Assembly: GCF_018350175.1 (NCBI RefSeq) | Contig: NC_058368.1 | Coordinates: 66,776,001-66,840,000, forward strand | Length of the DNA stretch: 64,000 bases | From: Felis catus | Taxonomy: Eukaryota | Direction: 5' to 3' | In this document: piece after piece, positions 63,227 through 64,000 of the stretch | Position numbering within the stretch: position 1 is the first letter of the stretch | How the letters are laid out: each line of letters opens with the position of its first letter | Program-made: the position numbers and the translations under genes | Notes under the pieces: generated by a model | Databases searched by the model: none | What the model saw: the letters and a program-made list of their open reading frames with translations, nothing else | What the model was told of the DNA's origin: nothing

Positions 63227-63439
63227 GGGGCGCCTGGGTGGCGCAGTCGGTTAAGCGTCCGACTTCAGCCAGGTCACGATCTCGCGGTCCGTGAGTTCGA
63301 GCCCCGCGTCGGGCTCTGGGCTGATGGCTCAGAGCCTGGAGCCTGTTTCTGATTCTGTGTCTCCCTCTCTCTCTGCCCCTCCCCCGTTCATGCTTTGTCT
63401 CTCTCTGTCCCAAAAATAAACGTTGAAAAAAAAAAAAAA
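63227..63439 (+). mobile_element. Very young CAN-SINE
   Basis: Consensus-like and CpG-rich; TSD GAAACTAAGATAT(C/T)GT at 63211-63226 and 63440-63455. Confidence 0.98.
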
Positions 63440-63808
63440 GAAACTAAGATATTGTAAGAGAATATCTTAGTGGCCTCCTTTTATACCCACGAACTACTTC
63501 CTTTCTAAGTTGTGAAAAGCTTGTTGCAAAGCATCTGTCCTTTATTCAAAGGGCCTCACACCGTGTTCCACAATTGGCAGGATCCGCTCCCAGCTTACGT
63601 ACAAATTCCAGGGTGATTCAACTTGAATGAGATCTACGTTATCCCAAGGATTTCTACATTCACTGTTTTACATCCCAGAGATTTGCCAGCCAAACGCTGC
63701 TACCTGTATTCCCGATATTCACATAAGTGGGTTTTGACTTTTGACAGCTATTCATTTCATTTGTCTTTCACTTGGGAAATTTTTATTGATGCTTCCAGTA
63801 ACAATTTC

Positions 63809-64000
63809 TTTTTTTTTTTTTAACGTTTTTTTAAATTTATTATTGAGAGATGGAGACAGAGCATGAGCATGAGAGAGGCAGAGAGAGAGGGAGACACAGA
63901 ATCCGAAGCAGGCTCCAGGCTCTGAGCTGTCAGCAGAGAGCCCGACGCAGGGCTCGAACCCACCAACTGTGAGATCCTGACCTGAGCCGAAGTCAGATGC
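63809..64000 (-). mobile_element. CAN-SINE cut by the window end
   Basis: T tail and antisense body run to position 64000. Confidence 0.95.

Noticed and set aside
1469..63413. Recurring ORF family (AWVAQSVKRPTSAQVMIS...SLEPASDSVSPSLS and its antisense GRGRERGRHRI...)
   Set aside because: These are translations of CAN-SINEs, not a paralogous gene family.
1491..64000. tRNA-like A and B boxes
   Set aside because: They are the tRNA-derived heads of CAN-SINEs; no full cloverleaf tRNA gene was seen.
1..64000. Naming the host gene or exact species
   Set aside because: No recognisable exon is present. The SINE subtype supports Felidae only, and a genome BLAT would be needed.

Overview
This is mammalian non-coding DNA, almost certainly from a felid. 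It holds about 35 tRNA-derived CAN-SINEs (feliform SINEC type, several very young with near-perfect TSDs). These sit on top of older eutherian repeats: L1M, HAL1, L2, MIR, MLT1 LTRs and hAT-Charlie MITEs. I found no recognisable protein-coding exon, RNA gene, CRISPR array or bacterial-type system. The ORF track consists of SINE translations, decayed L1 fragments and chance ORFs. The window looks intronic or intergenic, and several repeat-free, motif-dense blocks resemble developmental enhancers. The best leads are three SINEs enclosed by one 16-bp TSD, closely spaced inverted SINE pairs, a 31-bp x3 minisatellite carrying ETS motifs, an E-box cluster beside a consensus splice donor, and a few candidate micro-exons. 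Repeat families were assigned from recalled consensus sequences, not from a database search, so boundaries of the old elements are approximate.
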